From: Octopus vulgaris
Lineage: Eukaryota
NCBI GenBank assembly: GCA_951406725.2
Contig: OX597832.1
Coordinates: 11,222,001 to 11,286,000, forward strand
Direction of reading: 5' to 3'
Length of the DNA: 64,000 nucleotides
Part shown: positions 1-13,644 of the stretch, in pieces
How positions within the stretch are numbered: position 1 is the first letter of the stretch
Layout: each line of letters begins with the position of its first letter
Translations under genes and position numbers: made by a program
Notes under the pieces: generated by a model
Told to the model about the DNA's origin: nothing
Seen by the model: only the letters and a program-made list of their open reading frames with translations
Database searches by the model: none

Positions 1-520
1 ATCAACTGTGATTAACAACAGCTGCCTAAGATTAATAGATCCCTATGCAATACGCTGTTGTCGCTAAATGTCATTGCGAAAAGAGGCTCTGCATAAATGT
101 AGAGAAACCGTGTAATTGAAATACATTCAATAATATCAACACGAGGAATATTGGTAGAATAATCCTGTCAAAACTTCGGTCAAGTGTAGACATAACACGA
201 CAGATATTGCTGTGTGGAACATACATAAAAGCATATGTGTCGTAGTGGAGGTCAGTTGCCTAGCTGACGTCAATATCTGTTTGAAAATAAAATAAAATTG
301 AAGATGTCTATGAAACATTGCTCTGTAGCATCCGGGTCCTATATCTAGATTACAAATTTCCATTTATACCAATAATAATTAGTGCACTTCATTATGTAAC
401 TAAATGTCACACTCGATAAGCTAAGGCTTTCAGAAAAATCTGCAGGCTAACCTAGCACATTACAAATACTCTCTACTTATGGGACAAGAAAAAATCCAGT
501 CTTTTCTTAAATTTAAAATA
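1..520 (+). mobile_element. Decayed non-LTR retrotransposon 3' end, restriction-like endonuclease (RLE) domain, R4/Dong-like
   Basis: Manual translation across stops and frameshifts gives EYW*NNPVKTSVKCRHNTTDIAVWNIHKSICVVVEVSCLADVNI and LYLDYKFPFIPIIISALHYVT. These match the RLE pattern W-x-PI-x-T...HNRPD...EVSCPxDxN...YKFxxIPIIIGALG. Short (TACA)-like tail near 655-675. Confidence 0.7.
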
Positions 521-782
521 TGTCTTTGTTTTATATTTTGCTGGGTGGCTTTTATATTTTATTTTGTTTGCATTCCAACAATGGAACGTTGTGTCTTAGA
601 AATCAGCTCTTCCCTCTGAGGAAAAGTTTAAACTAGTAAAAACAGAAGAGAATCTACATACGTACACACATACAATGTGTGTGCGCGTGCGTGTGTGCAT
701 TAAGTTTGCGACACTGTTGTATAGAGTTAAATTATAATTTTCATACAGCCATTTCTGTTTTGATTGAACGGCAAAGCATATA

Positions 783-1348
783 TTGGGTAATCCGGAAAGT
801 TCGTACCGATTTTTAAAGGAAAGAAAAAGGTCAATAAATACTTGACATTACATTTTTAATCGACCAAAAACGAACCATTTTGTTGCACAATGCGTTTCCA
901 TCTTTCATTTAACTTGAAAATACCCTCTTCTCAGAATTGGGGTGGTTTCACGGCAAATAATTCACCAAGGTATCTTTTGACATCATCCAAGGAATTGAAA
1001 TGTTTACCTTTAAGACTATTCTGCAGAGACCTGAATAAGTGGAAATTCGAAGGAGCAATATCAGGTGAATATGGAGGGTGGGGTACCACATGCCAGCCGA
1101 ACTGCAGAATTTTTTGTCTGGTTTCCAAAACATCAAGTGCCGAAAATGAGCTTTCTTATCTTCCATTTTAAAGGGTTACAGAATTAACACACGATATAGG
1201 AACATAAATCTTCTTCCACGTAAAGATAGCTTAAACTGTGCTCTAAATGGAGGTGTAGTCAAATCCTATTTTATGGGCTCAACCATGCTTTAAGATAAGT
1301 TGAAAGATAAGCTACTATAAATCGGCACGAACTTTCTGGACAACCCAA
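783..1348 (-). mobile_element. Internally deleted mariner transposon (non-autonomous) with both TIRs and TA target duplication
   Basis: TIRs ttgggtaatccggaaagttcgtaccgatt (783-811) and aatcggcacgaactttctggacaacccaa (1320-1348), flanked by TA at 781-782 and 1349-1350. Minus strand encodes the N-terminus MEDKKAHFRHLMF joined out of frame to the C-terminal motif HPPYSPDIAPSNFHLFRSL. Confidence 0.9.
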
Positions 1349-2628
1349 TATTACATTAACGTCATTGTTAATCAACATCAATAAATGTTACGTCATTTCT
1401 TTTGCCAATTTTGCATCTGAATGACTTCCATGAAATACGGTTTCTTTTTATTTTCATGAAAGTGTATTATATCATTTAAAGATATTCTGTTTTAATTAAA
1501 TACCATTACCTTAAATGACACTTTTTAATGAAGGCATACCTTGTACATGAGAGCTAAGCCTCGTTATTATGTTGTTTTGTCTCACAGGCACGAAGCGTGT
1601 GATTTAGAGATACGTGACTTAATATCATGTTCAGGGGCTAGAACCCATTATGCGGCATGCTCGTTTAGTATATTTGACTACACCTTCGGGTCGATCAAAT
1701 ATATTTGTGATGTTAATTCACTAAGCAAAATCAAAGCCGGAGAAAACTTTAGATTGACAGCAGAATTCAATTTCTTGTAACCTTCATCTGCAAAATAAAA
1801 GTATATTTCCGGGCTAATACCAACACCTTAGTGTTGTGTGCTTCATGTGAGTACATACTGAGAGCCTGAGGACCAGCATTCTATTATGCAGCTATTTTGC
1901 GAATCGTAGAAGTTATCAGCCTTTTGTTTGATAGTCACGGAAGCCTTCTTTAAGTCTTCTAGGCGATTCACTAACTTCAGGAACTAATATGAATAACCTT
2001 CGTATTAATCTAAGAACTCTAACTTGCAAATACTGACAAGTTCTATACTAGCAATTATTTCCATTAGCTATTCTCAATAAGTATCTAACGTTTTCAAAAT
2101 ATATCATTTTTAAATATTTATAGTGTGTCTAGACAAAGACGAATTAATATTAATCAAATTTGATAATGAGAGGTATACATCCATTGACTGCACGATTGTA
2201 AAACGTAAGATTTACTTCTGTTTTATAAAATAAGTTGCAATAAACATCAAAGAAGGAAACTATAGAATTCTGTATTCGCATGAATATACATTTTGGCCAA
2301 CTTTCTTACTACCGATCTGAACGTGATTGATTGAGCGGAAGAAATATTAGGCTAATAATTAAAACACCATGCGTTTGTAAACAATGTGAATCTTTAGTCG
2401 TGCTTCTAGAAAGAAATCGTACGACGCGTCACATACAAAATATTGATATAGACAATTTATGTATAACAGTACAAAAAGTCAGATTGTTACAAAAGGTGAT
2501 TCATGATATTCTCTCTTTCCTACTCTAACACAAACGTGACTGCAACACGTTATATAACGCACGCAGTCATGTATTCATATTTGTGTATGTGTTTGTGAAT
2601 GTATGTATGTATGTTTGTGTCTGTATAT

Positions 2629-2837
2629 CTTTTTACTCTTTTACTTGTTTCAGTCGATTTGACTGCGGCCATGCTGGAGCACCGCCTTTAATCGAGCAAA
2701 TCGACCCCGGCACTTATTCTTTGTAAGCCCAGTACTTATTCTATCGGTCTGTTTTGCCGAACCGCTAAGTGACGGGGACATAAACACACCAGCATCGGTT
2801 GTCAAGCAATGCTAGGAGGACAAACACAGACACACAA

Positions 2838-2874
<37 letters not shown>

Positions 2875-3031
2875 CGACGGGCTTCTTTCAGTTTCCGTCT
2901 ACCAAATCCACTCACAAGGCTTTGGTCGGCTCGAGGCTATAGTAGAAGACACTTACCCAAGGCGCCACGCAGTGGGACTGAACCCGGAACCATATGGTTG
3001 GTAAACAAGCTACTTACCACACAGCCACTCC
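2629..3031 (-). mobile_element. tRNA-derived SINE, family A
   Basis: Reverse strand has A-box tggctgtgtggt and B-box ggttcagtccc, the conserved core gccttgtgagtggatttggtagacggaaactgaaagaagcccgtcg, an internal microsatellite and an (agtaaaag)n tail. Nine related copies in the window. Confidence 0.9.
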
Positions 3032-3087
3032 AACTGTAAACATACATATATGTGTGCGTGTGTGCGTGTGTGCGTGTGTGTGTGTGT

Positions 3088-3365
3088 GGAGGCGCAATGG
3101 TGTGTGGAGGCGCAATGGCCCAGTGGTTAGGGCAGCCGACTCGCGGTCGTTGGATCGCAGTTTCGATTCACAGACCGGGCGTTGTGAGTGTTTATTGAGC
3201 GAAAACACCTAAAGCGCCACACTTTCTCTCACTCTTTCTTCTGTTGGCCTGCTCGCATAGCCAGCGGGGCGGCGTCATTTCAAGGCTAAAACAATGCGAA
3301 GCGCATTGTGACCAGCGACGTGTAGCAACATCTGATAGCCTGGTCGGTCACGGTGATCACGGTGA
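3088..3365 (+). mobile_element. tRNA-derived SINE, family C, with duplicated 5' end
   Basis: Head ggaggcgcaatggcccagtggttagggcagccgactcgcggtcg...gtttcgattc with A/B-box-like motifs. First 13 nt repeated at 3088 and 3106. Tail (cacggtgat)2. Flanked by (GT)n and (TA)n. Confidence 0.7.
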
Positions 3366-3713
3366 TATATATATATATATATATATGAGTGTAAATGTGT
3401 ACATGTCTTAGTGTGTTAATGTGTGTCTGTTGGTGCGTATATCTGTGTGCGAGAGCGAGAGAGAGTGTTAGTGTGTGTCTGTGAGAGTGCGTGCGTGTGT
3501 GTTTTTGGTTTGGCTAAAACATTACTTCCAATATCTAATAAAAATGCTCATTCGTATTTAAATTAACTGACAAATACTGTTCTTCAACTTTTCAGCTATA
3601 TGTTTGAACGCAAAATTAATACCCGTAACCACAGTTCGCATGCTTTACTTTCCTTTGAATATGACTAAAGAGATAAAAGAAACACACATACTTTATATAC
3701 TTATATATATATA

Positions 3714-4097
3714 CTAGCAGTATCGCCCGGCGTTGCTCAGGTTTGTAAGGGAAATAACTATAAAGCATTTTTAGAGAGTTATAGCCAAAAAATAGCAAAA
3801 AAATGGGAAAAAAATGATGGTAAATTTTTTTTTGAGAGTAATAAAAGGTTGAGTTGCGTCCCCTAGACAGTCTGTGGTTTGTTTTTTTTATTCTCGACCC
3901 CATGTCGAATTTATCGATTTTTTTCAGAACTGGGGGAACTTTTCAAAATTTTCGCTGCGTTAGTTTTGAATTATGACATTGGGCTATGTGTGTCAAGTTT
4001 CATCAGAATCGGTTGAAAGCCGTGGTCAGGGTGAGGGTACGAGAAAACAGACACACAGAAACACGCACAGACAAACTGCCGTTTATATAGAGAGAGA
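3714..4097 (-). mobile_element. Non-autonomous Helitron, copy 1
   Basis: On the minus strand it starts TC, ends CTAG, lies between host A and T with no TSD, and has a subterminal hairpin cctgagcaacgccggg. Near-identical to 18765-19149. Confidence 0.85.
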
Positions 4098-4273
4098 TAC
4101 ATATGTTGCGAGACGGCCAACCTCTTCTCAGACGATAGCCCTCTCACATTGAGGCATCTATACGCCATTGGATTTATATGACAAAAAAAACTATACAACA
4201 CTTTTGTCACCCTAATAATTTCGGTAGCGTGATAATTTCGCGTGACATATATTGCAAGATGAACGCTACAATC

Positions 4274-4356
4274 ATGTATGTAATGTATGTAATGTATGTA
4301 ATGTATGTAATGTATGTAATGTATGTATGTATGTATGTATGTATGTATGTATGTAT
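4274..4356. repeat. (ATGTATGTA)n / (ATGT)n tandem repeat
   Basis: Direct inspection. Confidence 0.9.
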
Positions 4357-4878
4357 AAATCCTAACTGGAGTCAGACACCGATGTTACATGTGATATGTT
4401 TGTCAACTGTGGCGGACTTAACATGAAACCAATGGTAGCCTTAACGCATAAACAATGAAACTTTATCCACCAATGCGGTGTAGAGCACCGATTTTCAATG
4501 TTTGATATTTACTCATATCTGTGTGTGTGTGTGTGCGCGCGCGAGTGTGTGTATGTGTGTGTATATTTAATTAAAACGAATAAGAAAATTTTTTAAATAT
4601 TTTTGTTGTTATTGCAAAATCCCAGAAAATAATTAAAAATTCACATTTTTTGTCAAACTATTTTGTTATATTTGTCTATCTATCCAACTGTAAACATATG
4701 TGTGTGTATATATTTACGTTTTCATGCATATATATATATATGTGTGTGTGTGTATTTGGGATATATATATGTATATGTGTATATACGTGTGTACTATATA
4801 GATTATAATTTATTTTATCATTGCTTTTATTTCATGTGCACTTACATATATGAAATTTCAATTCTTTTCTATTTTCAG

Positions 4879-4983
4879 GTAAGTTAATATCATTTTAAAA
4901 CCTGTTCACTGGATATTTAATTCCAATATCGGATTACGTAACGTTTGGGATTTACAATTTTGAGTGATGAGGGCGGATCTTTG
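4879..4983 (+). other. Candidate non-coding exon beginning with a reconstituted donor (recursive-splice-like site)
   Basis: Polypyrimidine tract ttcttttctattttcAG immediately followed by GTAAGT at 4879. Second GTAAGT at 4984. Stops in all three frames. Confidence 0.4.
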
Positions 4984-7900
4984 GTAAGTAAGTCTTACTT
5001 TACGCACACAGGAGCATGTTGAATCGTCTCTCACAAGTGTTTACATATGCAAATATGTAAATATATATAGATATATATTCATATATATATACATGTATAT
5101 ATATACATATATATGCATACCTATATATATATATAACATCGTGTTTACATTGTTCATCAATGACATGCCAAGATACGCAACATCAAATATATCGCCTTTC
5201 CTTTATACACAAATGCCATTTTGTTTCTTATTTGATATAGCAATATTCATTTACGTTATGTATAAAAAAATGTTGTAGATGAAACATTCAATCTTCATGA
5301 TTTTAATAATGTTGTTGTTAATACCTTTCTCATTGTTACACTTATCCTCATGCCAAATGAGTATCTAAAACAATACATATAATAATTACATATTAAGAGA
5401 TATGCAACCCATTTTCTCTGAATGTGAATCATAAAACATATTTTGGAAACTATATTTGTATGCATATTAAAATTAAATTCTATTGCTAAAGTGAATTGAA
5501 ACATGGATTAACCTGCAAAAAAAAAAGAAAATGAAAATATGCTTTAAATCACAATAAAATACTCCCAAAGAAATGGAATATCTTACAACAAATCTAGAGA
5601 GTCATATGAAACAATCCGAGATTTAAGCAGTTATATATGTATGTTATGTATTTATGTTTGTTATATGTTTTCTTGATGGTAAATCATCGATATTGAAAAA
5701 TTGCAATTATGATTTCTGACGAGAAATTGCCTCTGTTTTGCTAAATATTTTTTGTTTGCTAGTTCTTTAAGGAATTGCAGTTTTAAATTAATGAAATTTC
5801 ATCTTTCATGTTCTAATATAATTTTCTTCAAAACAGTTAAATTTTTATTGCACTTAATTTGTAATATGATAAAATCAGTTAATCACAAAATAGCCAGTGA
5901 GGAACGCTACATAATTAAATTGCAAATACGAGCATTAATATATCATACAAAAGATATTGAACTTGGTTTAGTAACTCAGAGATAATTACAAACGTCCCTG
6001 AAGGTCGAGTTACAAATTTCGCTATAGTTTCTAATAACTCTTATAACTCATATGTATATCGTTTTTTGTGTGTATGTTTTACTAGATTCTTAATCTGAAA
6101 TGGTATATTGATAAAGTTATTGCTGTTATGGAGGGCTATTTTTCTATTAGGAAAACATACACATTATTGCACCTGAAACAGGTTATCAATAGACTGCCAT
6201 CATCATAAATTGTCCTGTAACTAACATAACAGAAACAATACCTAAATTTCCATAAATTCTTTTTTAAATTTCCATCTCAGTAGAAAGCAAAAGTTAAAAG
6301 GAAGGAAGTTATTGTTAATAAAGCTCAGTGAAAAGTAAGATAATTGTAAGAAATCGGTAATATATTCTCGATGTCATGCACATACTAATTAAATCACATT
6401 CCGATCCTTTGCAGTAATAAAGAGAAACTTATATTCATATATTTCCCTCGTTGAGAGCTCGTAGGCAAAGACCGGTCTCAGTTTTATTGCCGACCATTTA
6501 TAAGTGGGAAAAGATAACGTAATATATTTGGGGGTCAAATGTAATTTGAATTATTGGAAGCGAAAATAGCTTAAAGAATGAAATCATATATTTCAGTGCC
6601 ATGAATTCTGTGATTCAAGTTTCACTCTGTTTTGATAAAGGTTGTAGACAATAATATAAACAATTACTAGCGACTTCAGCAGTATTGATAACAAAAGTGA
6701 GCGTGAACGTTGTGTTAGAACATAGAATACGGAAGGTAAATGCTGCAGTATACTGTGTTCCACATTATGCCCGGGATAAAGATTGTCTGATTCTACAATA
6801 TTTCACGATGTCATTTAGATTCCGTTAACTTTTACTAACAATTAAATTCATTCTGTGATGTAGGAATACTTTGAAATAATTTTTTGTATTAAGGACACAA
6901 TGCTAAACCGTTCAACAAAAAGGAAACGCACAAACTGAATTATTATTTTTTTGTAGGGCTATATTCAAACGTGATCATTTACTCAAATTCTACACAAGTA
7001 GTACTTAACCCTTTGTCTTGTAAAATAAGAAATTCCTGAATAAAAAAAAATTAGGAATATTTTCTAAACGAATTTAAATTTGCTATGATTCAGTATTTAC
7101 ACATAAGGAATCAAACGACCGTTTATATTAATTAAAATCTTTATATTACTTTATATTATTTATTTATATTAATTATATAATTTATGTTTAATTATTTTAT
7201 ATTAATTATTTTATATATTATGTTTATATTACTTAAATACTCTCAATGTTTTCAGATACATACATCACCCAATAAAATTAAAACAATTATAATTAACGAT
7301 CGCAGATTTGAACAACAGAAATTCTAGCAGTAAAATATTAATAATACTCTGCAAATGCAGACCCATAGATAAGAAACTCCATATTTGGGTACTGAAATTT
7401 TAATCAAAAATGTAACAGCAAATATATTGCACTCAAAAGACAATTATTGAGTCACTTTTTTTAATTCATGATCCCTTTAGGTTGCTATATTTATACACAT
7501 ACAAATATATATTGCGTATATTTTTCAAAATTGATAGCAACATTTAGATATAAAATGTCGATAAAATAAGTACCAGACAGAGATATGTATTGGCGCCAAA
7601 ACGATCAGCAACATTTCCCTATTAGTGTATCCTCACCAGTCACATGACTGAAACTACTTTAAAAAAAATAGAGTATATACTGGATTTGCAACAGATACAT
7701 CCTTGGAAAGGATTCTATTACGTGTTATATTATATATTCCATACTCTTTTTTTATGTTATAAATATAAAATTCAAAAATTGAATAAAACCTACACATACT
7801 ACATCTGATTCTCATACAATACATACATTTCATTGGTGAGGCATCAGACCACGTTGTGCTGCTAGCATTCGATACTGTGAATAGCAATTTTTGTTATGCA

Positions 7901-8888
7901 TAAATATATTTGCGATAAAATTTCCACTGAGATGCATATGTCCGATAAAATACATAAACATGTCGGTTATGAGGGGTTTTAATCTATTAAAAAATGTGTA
8001 ATATTTTCATTTCTGGAAAGTATAAATCGATATTTTCTTGGTTCGTTTACTTAGACTTCTTTCGCCGTCGCATTCATAATTTCAAGCATAGTAACATTAT
8101 TGATAATGTAAAAAGAAAACAACACCACATAATCAGTATTTCTCTCTTCCTCTGTCGTATTTTTTCCTTTCTTTTTTTTTTTGGGGGGGGGTTATTTATT
8201 TATTTTTTGGTTGTATATAAGATGGCCAGGGAACCAAAAAAGATATATTGATTTACTGTATTTCTCCCTCTTTTCCAACTTTCGGTTTTTAATTACAAGA
8301 GTAAGATTGACTGAAAAGCAATAGTCAAGAGAATAATTCCAGCTTTTGAGTAAAGTATTCATACACATCCATAAAACCGCTCGAAAAAATAAAATCTAAT
8401 TATGTTTTGATTTTAGTCTATTTTTTTTTTCATTCTTTTCTTTATTTATTGAAGTATTCCGTTTTCATGGTGAGTCTCTAAGTTAAAATGGATTTGCTGG
8501 AAAACGCAAATTCAATTATATTTAGGTTAGGCTTTGCGTTACACTTTGCATTAAAATGGCATATTAACATCAAAGAGATTTTCAGTGTATTCGAATCGAA
8601 TCAAAAGAGAGAAAGTATCATTAATTGAGGAAGGTCAGCTATGGTCAGAATTGCTTCATTTTCCTAGTAAAAGTGTCTAGGCAAATAAGTATCGAATGTG
8701 GCTAATAAAAGCGAAGCCAATATATCAAAACATCGTTGGTTGTCAGATATCCTGGATAAATTCACGGAAAAGCAACAGGTAGTAATATGCCGTATTATAT
8801 ATATATATATTTATATATAAGTGTGTGCATGTGTACGTGCATGCGTGTGTGTATGCATATATGTATATAAATATATATAATATATATT

Positions 8889-9260
8889 AGGCGTAGGAGT
8901 AGCTTGCTTACGAACCACATGGTTCCGGGTTCAGTCCCACTGCGTGGCACCTTGGGCAAGCGTCTTCTGCTATAGCCTCGGGCCAACCAAAGCCTTGGTA
9001 CACGGATTTGGTTGAAGCCCGTCGTATATATGTATGTATATATATGTGTATGTTTGTGTGCTGTGTTTGCCCCCCACCCCCAACATCGCTTGACAACCGA
9101 TGCGGGTGTGTTTACGTCCCCGTAACTTAGCGGTTCGGCAAAAGAGCTTGATAGAATAAGTACTAGGTTTACAAAGAATAAGTCCTCGGGTCGAGTTGCT
9201 CGACTAAAGGCGGTGCTCCAGCATGGCCACATTCAAATGACTGAAACAAGTAAATGAATG
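8889..9260 (+). mobile_element. SINE family A, A-box region deleted
   Basis: Same core and tail as other family A copies. Lacks ggctgtgtggtaagt in the head and has internal deletions. Confidence 0.88.
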
Positions 9261-9295
9261 AAGATAAATGAATATACGCACATATATATATGTAC

Positions 9296-9339
<44 letters not shown>

Positions 9340-9704
9340 TATGTATATATAGATTACTTCGTGTTTTACGAACAATAGCTTCATTGATTGAGCATTTCCT
9401 TCTAGCCAATCGCTCACTTACGTAATTCGACATTGATATTTTTAATGTCGTGTTGTCTAATTCGATACACAACAAATATCACGTGAACACTCTTTCGGAA
9501 ACAACCGGTGTTTTCGATTTTTTCCGCGATTTGTATATATATAGTTTCGGTATACGCGATTGAAACAATATTAAATTAAAACAGCCATCTATGCATCCTG
9601 ATCAACGTGTATATCCTATAGAATGGTATTTCGATCAGTTTCAGCGAAATTATACTCTTACAATGCATACATACACACACAAACATATGTGTGAGTGTGT
9701 GTGT

Positions 9705-9845
9705 GAAGGCGCATAGCTCAGTGGTTTGAGCGTCGAGCTTACGATCGTATCGTCAGGTTGTGAGTTCGATTGCGGGTTGCGGGTTTTGTTCTTAAGCAAG
9801 ACTCTTTATTTCACGTTGCTCCAGTTAACTCGGGTTTAGAAATGG
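9705..9845 (+). mobile_element. tRNA-derived SINE family D, 3'-truncated
   Basis: gaaggcgcatagctcagtggtttgagcgtcgagcttacgatcg...gagttcgatt...tttatttcacgttgctccagt. Homologous to the reverse complement of 15861-16170. Confidence 0.7.
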
Positions 9846-10375
9846 ATTTCTTTCAAACCAGAAACATAACAAAACAAGAACTGATTTGCTTAATGTTCCG
9901 ACTATGAAGACTGACGAGGGAACTTTTATGATAATTTAGCTGATGTTTTATTATATTGCTGAGTAAAAAAAATGACTATGCATTTACAATGAAGCTGTTG
10001 CATAGAAAAACACTTTATTTGTAAGACATCGACTTATACGAGTAATGATTGTTGTACATTGTATGGCAAAAGGACTTGTTGTAAAGCGGTCATTAGCCAC
10101 TGTTGTAACTGCCTTTTGACGAAGGTCGTCGTTCTGACAGATATCGTTATATTCGAAGTCGTACAGTGCTGTTATTCTCAAACGGTTGGATCGTTGTAAC
10201 GTCCACACAGCATCACGGGATATGTACTATATCATCACAGACACGACTATCAGCACCACAGTCTACACGTACTTTTGACTTTTCTCGACCTTTGCTCCTG
10301 TCGACCGGCTACTGGTCTATTTATAATGTCTGGCTACTACGAATTTTTTTTTTTTACCGGGAGGAGTATGCAGTT

Positions 10376-10596
10376 TAACTCTTTTATTTGTTTCAGTCAT
10401 TTGACGGTGGCCATGCTGGAACACTGCCTTTAGTCGAGCAAATCGACCCCAGTATTTATTCTTTGTAAGCCTAGTACTTATTCCTTCGGTTCTGTGGTCG
10501 AACCGCTAAGTTACGGGGACGTAAACACATTAGCATCGGTTGTCAAGCGATGTTGGGGGGGGGGGGCAAACACAGACACTCAAACACACATACATA

Positions 10597-10637
<41 letters not shown>

Positions 10638-10781
10638 GACAGGCTTCTTTTCCAGTTACAAGGCTTTGGTCGGCCCGAGGCTATAGTAGAAGACACTTGC
10701 TCAAGGTGCCACGCAGTGGGACTGATCCCGGAACCATGTGGTTGCTAAGCAAGCTACTTACCAGACAACCACTCTTACGTC
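10376..10781 (-). mobile_element. SINE family A
   Basis: Homologous to 2629-3031, with an internal deletion. Confidence 0.88.
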
Positions 10782-11451
10782 TAACTATACAACACAACTA
10801 TAATTTAGTCAGCTGCCTGCTCCCTTTATAATCAGCAATTATCCATCTTTATCCCATTTTGTGTTGATATGCCTGAATGGGTTAAAATATTTTTATTTGC
10901 AAAAAATTTTATTAAACAGTTTAATCTTGTATATTTATGTATTTATTTAGAATTTTATTAAATAAATTTTTAAATACTTGATTTAAACTCAGCATAGTTT
11001 TGTCAATGCTGTAAAGTAAGTTAAGTTTTTAGAATATCTATTTTAGAAATTCAAAATTTCCGAAATAAAATTTCCAGCAGATGCTTTCTCAAGTTTGAGT
11101 GACAGGAGACTATTTTAGTCGTTCGATCGCAAATCATTTCTAGATTAAACAGTCATTGAATAATTATCTTGGGATTTTAAGAAAGAAAGACGTGGTAAAG
11201 ACAGTAAAGACAAGTCGATAATAAAAATGGGAATATATTCTCACACGTGGTAATTATTATCTAAGTATGGCAGATGAGTAAATCCGAAATGATGTGATAT
11301 TTTTATTTTATATTCTACGATAATATAACACGCATTTATAAAAGAGCAAGTATCATGCATATGTTCTGGAGAAAGAATATATAAACACAAATCGTACACG
11401 GTTTTGTTTTCTCTAACCTATCGTCTTATCTCATAGTAAGAATTAGGAATT

Positions 11452-11617
11452 AGGCGCAGGAGTGGCTGTGTGGTAAGTAGCTTGCTTACCAACCTCATGG
11501 TTCCGGGTTCAGTCCCACTGCGTGGCATGTTGGGCAAGTATCTTCTACTATTGCCTCGGGCCGACCAAAGCCTTGTGAGTGGATTTGGTAGACGGAAACT
11601 GAAAGAAGCCCGTCGCA

Positions 11618-11665
<48 letters not shown>

Positions 11666-11876
11666 CGTGTCTGTGTTTGTTCCCCTAGCATTGCTTGACA
11701 ACCGATGCTGGTGTGTTTACGTCGCCGTCACTTAGCGGTTCAGCAAAAGAGCGCGATAGAATAAGTACTGGGCTTACAAAGAATAAGTCCTGGGGTCGAT
11801 TTGCTCGACTAAAGGCGGTGCTCCAGCATGGCCACAGTCAAAATGTCTGAAACAAGTAAAAGAAAAGAAAGAAAAA
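11452..11876 (+). mobile_element. SINE family A, full length
   Basis: aggcgcaggagtggctgtgtggtaag head, B-box, core, (TA)n and A-rich tail. Confidence 0.92.
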
Positions 11877-12439
11877 ATTAGCGCATGCAAACACAGAATT
11901 ATGTGTATGTGTGTATGTGTATGTGTGCGTGAGTGTATGTGTGTATGTGTAGTGTATGTGTAGATAGACTGATAGATAGAAAGATAGATACATCTGTCCC
12001 AAATAAAATAGAGTTAATCTTTTAGAGAATCACATCATATGCCAAATGTGTGGAGGAGATAATTACTTAAACAGGAAATTCAGCTTATTTGCGAGACCTA
12101 AGCCAGATAGAATTTCAAGTATACCTTGTGGGATATTATCGGCCCAGTTTTTCAAGATTACCTCGCACACTAGATTGGATTTCAGTTGCCTAGACACTGA
12201 TAAAAAAGCAAAAACGGCGAACAAGATATATAAATCTCAACTCTTGTCTAGAGAATAGAAACATATTTCTACCACACCTTTCATTGTGTTCACTTAAACA
12301 ATTGTATCCCTTGATGTCATAATTGCCAGTTATTATTTTCAAAGTATATATTTTAATTGTTATTTGTCATTCCTATCAACTGCATATCTACTTATGCATC
12401 TATCTAGCTATCTATCTAAATGTGTGTGCGTTTGTGTCT

Positions 12440-12474
12440 GTGCATTATATATGTATATAAGTATACATACATGC

Positions 12475-12507
<33 letters not shown>

Positions 12508-12606
12508 TGGATAGATCTATATACATATCTAATATATATATGTATGTATATAGGTGTATATATATATGTATGTATATAGGTGTATATATATATATGTATA
12601 TAGATG

Positions 12607-12641
<35 letters not shown>

Positions 12642-13117
12642 GTATATAGATGTGTGTATATATATATATATGTATATAGATGTGTGTATATATATATATA
12701 TATATATGTGTGTATATATGTATATAGATGTGTGTATATATATATATATATGTATATAGATGTGTGTATATATATATATATATATATGTGTATATATGTA
12801 TATAGATGTGTGTATATATATATATATATGTGTGTATATATATATATATGTATATAGGTGTATATATATATATATATGTATATAGGTGTATATATATATA
12901 TATATATAGATGTATATATATATATGTATATAGATGTATATATATAGATGTATATATATAGATATATGTATATAGATGTATATATATAGATGTATATATA
13001 TATATATATGTATATAGATGTATATATATATATAGATATATGTATATAGATGTATATATATATATATATATGTATGTATATAGGTGTATATATATATATA
13101 TATATGTATGTATATAG

Positions 13118-13164
<47 letters not shown>

Positions 13165-13165
13165 C
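12440..13165. repeat. Complex (TA)n-based micro/minisatellite with recurring gtatagatgtgtg and gtataggtg interruptions
   Basis: Direct inspection. Confidence 0.95.
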
Positions 13166-13644
13166 GCTCAGTTTATGCAATGGAAGCTTACTCGAACAAT
13201 AAAAAGCACATCAATGTTCGCAGTAGTCGCTGTTCAAGTATCAGAATCTTTAATAGTTTATACACTCCCAGCATTCTTTCTGAATGACAAATACACGTGC
13301 TGAACATTAACACATTAACAATTACACATATGAATGAATTAGCAGTGGTAAGAATTTCATGAGCTGGTTCACCGTGCATGCTACCTTGTGCAGCTACTTA
13401 ACTGTAGGCCCTGAACAGGAGCTGTTTTTTTTAATCAAATACACTGAATGGTAACATTCTCAGCTTATTTTGAAACTCACCTTCCTACTTGGCTTTGAGG
13501 ATTTTAGATAAACTAATTTGTTTTGTAGTTTTGTGGAAGCAAAGCGGCAAATCTCGTGTTTATAATGGTGCGTGATATTTTCGATGTTTCGGTGAAAATT
13601 ATTTCGGTCGAATATTAGTCTTCAGAAACAGAATATTACCAGTC

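Noticed and set aside
2809-3039. Recurring ORF MLGGQTQTH...RSGTEPGTMW
   Set aside because: Antisense translation of SINE family A, repeated at each copy.
7654-7887. ORF with an NPVY (NPxY) motif as a receptor tail
   Set aside because: Very AT-rich, no convincing acceptor for that segment and no transmembrane exon found.
12416-13180. Long ORFs of [12 protein letters not shown] type (also 47620-48072, 56806-57321, 60704-61628, 63295-63888)
   Set aside because: Translations of stop-free TA/CA microsatellites, open in several frames on both strands.
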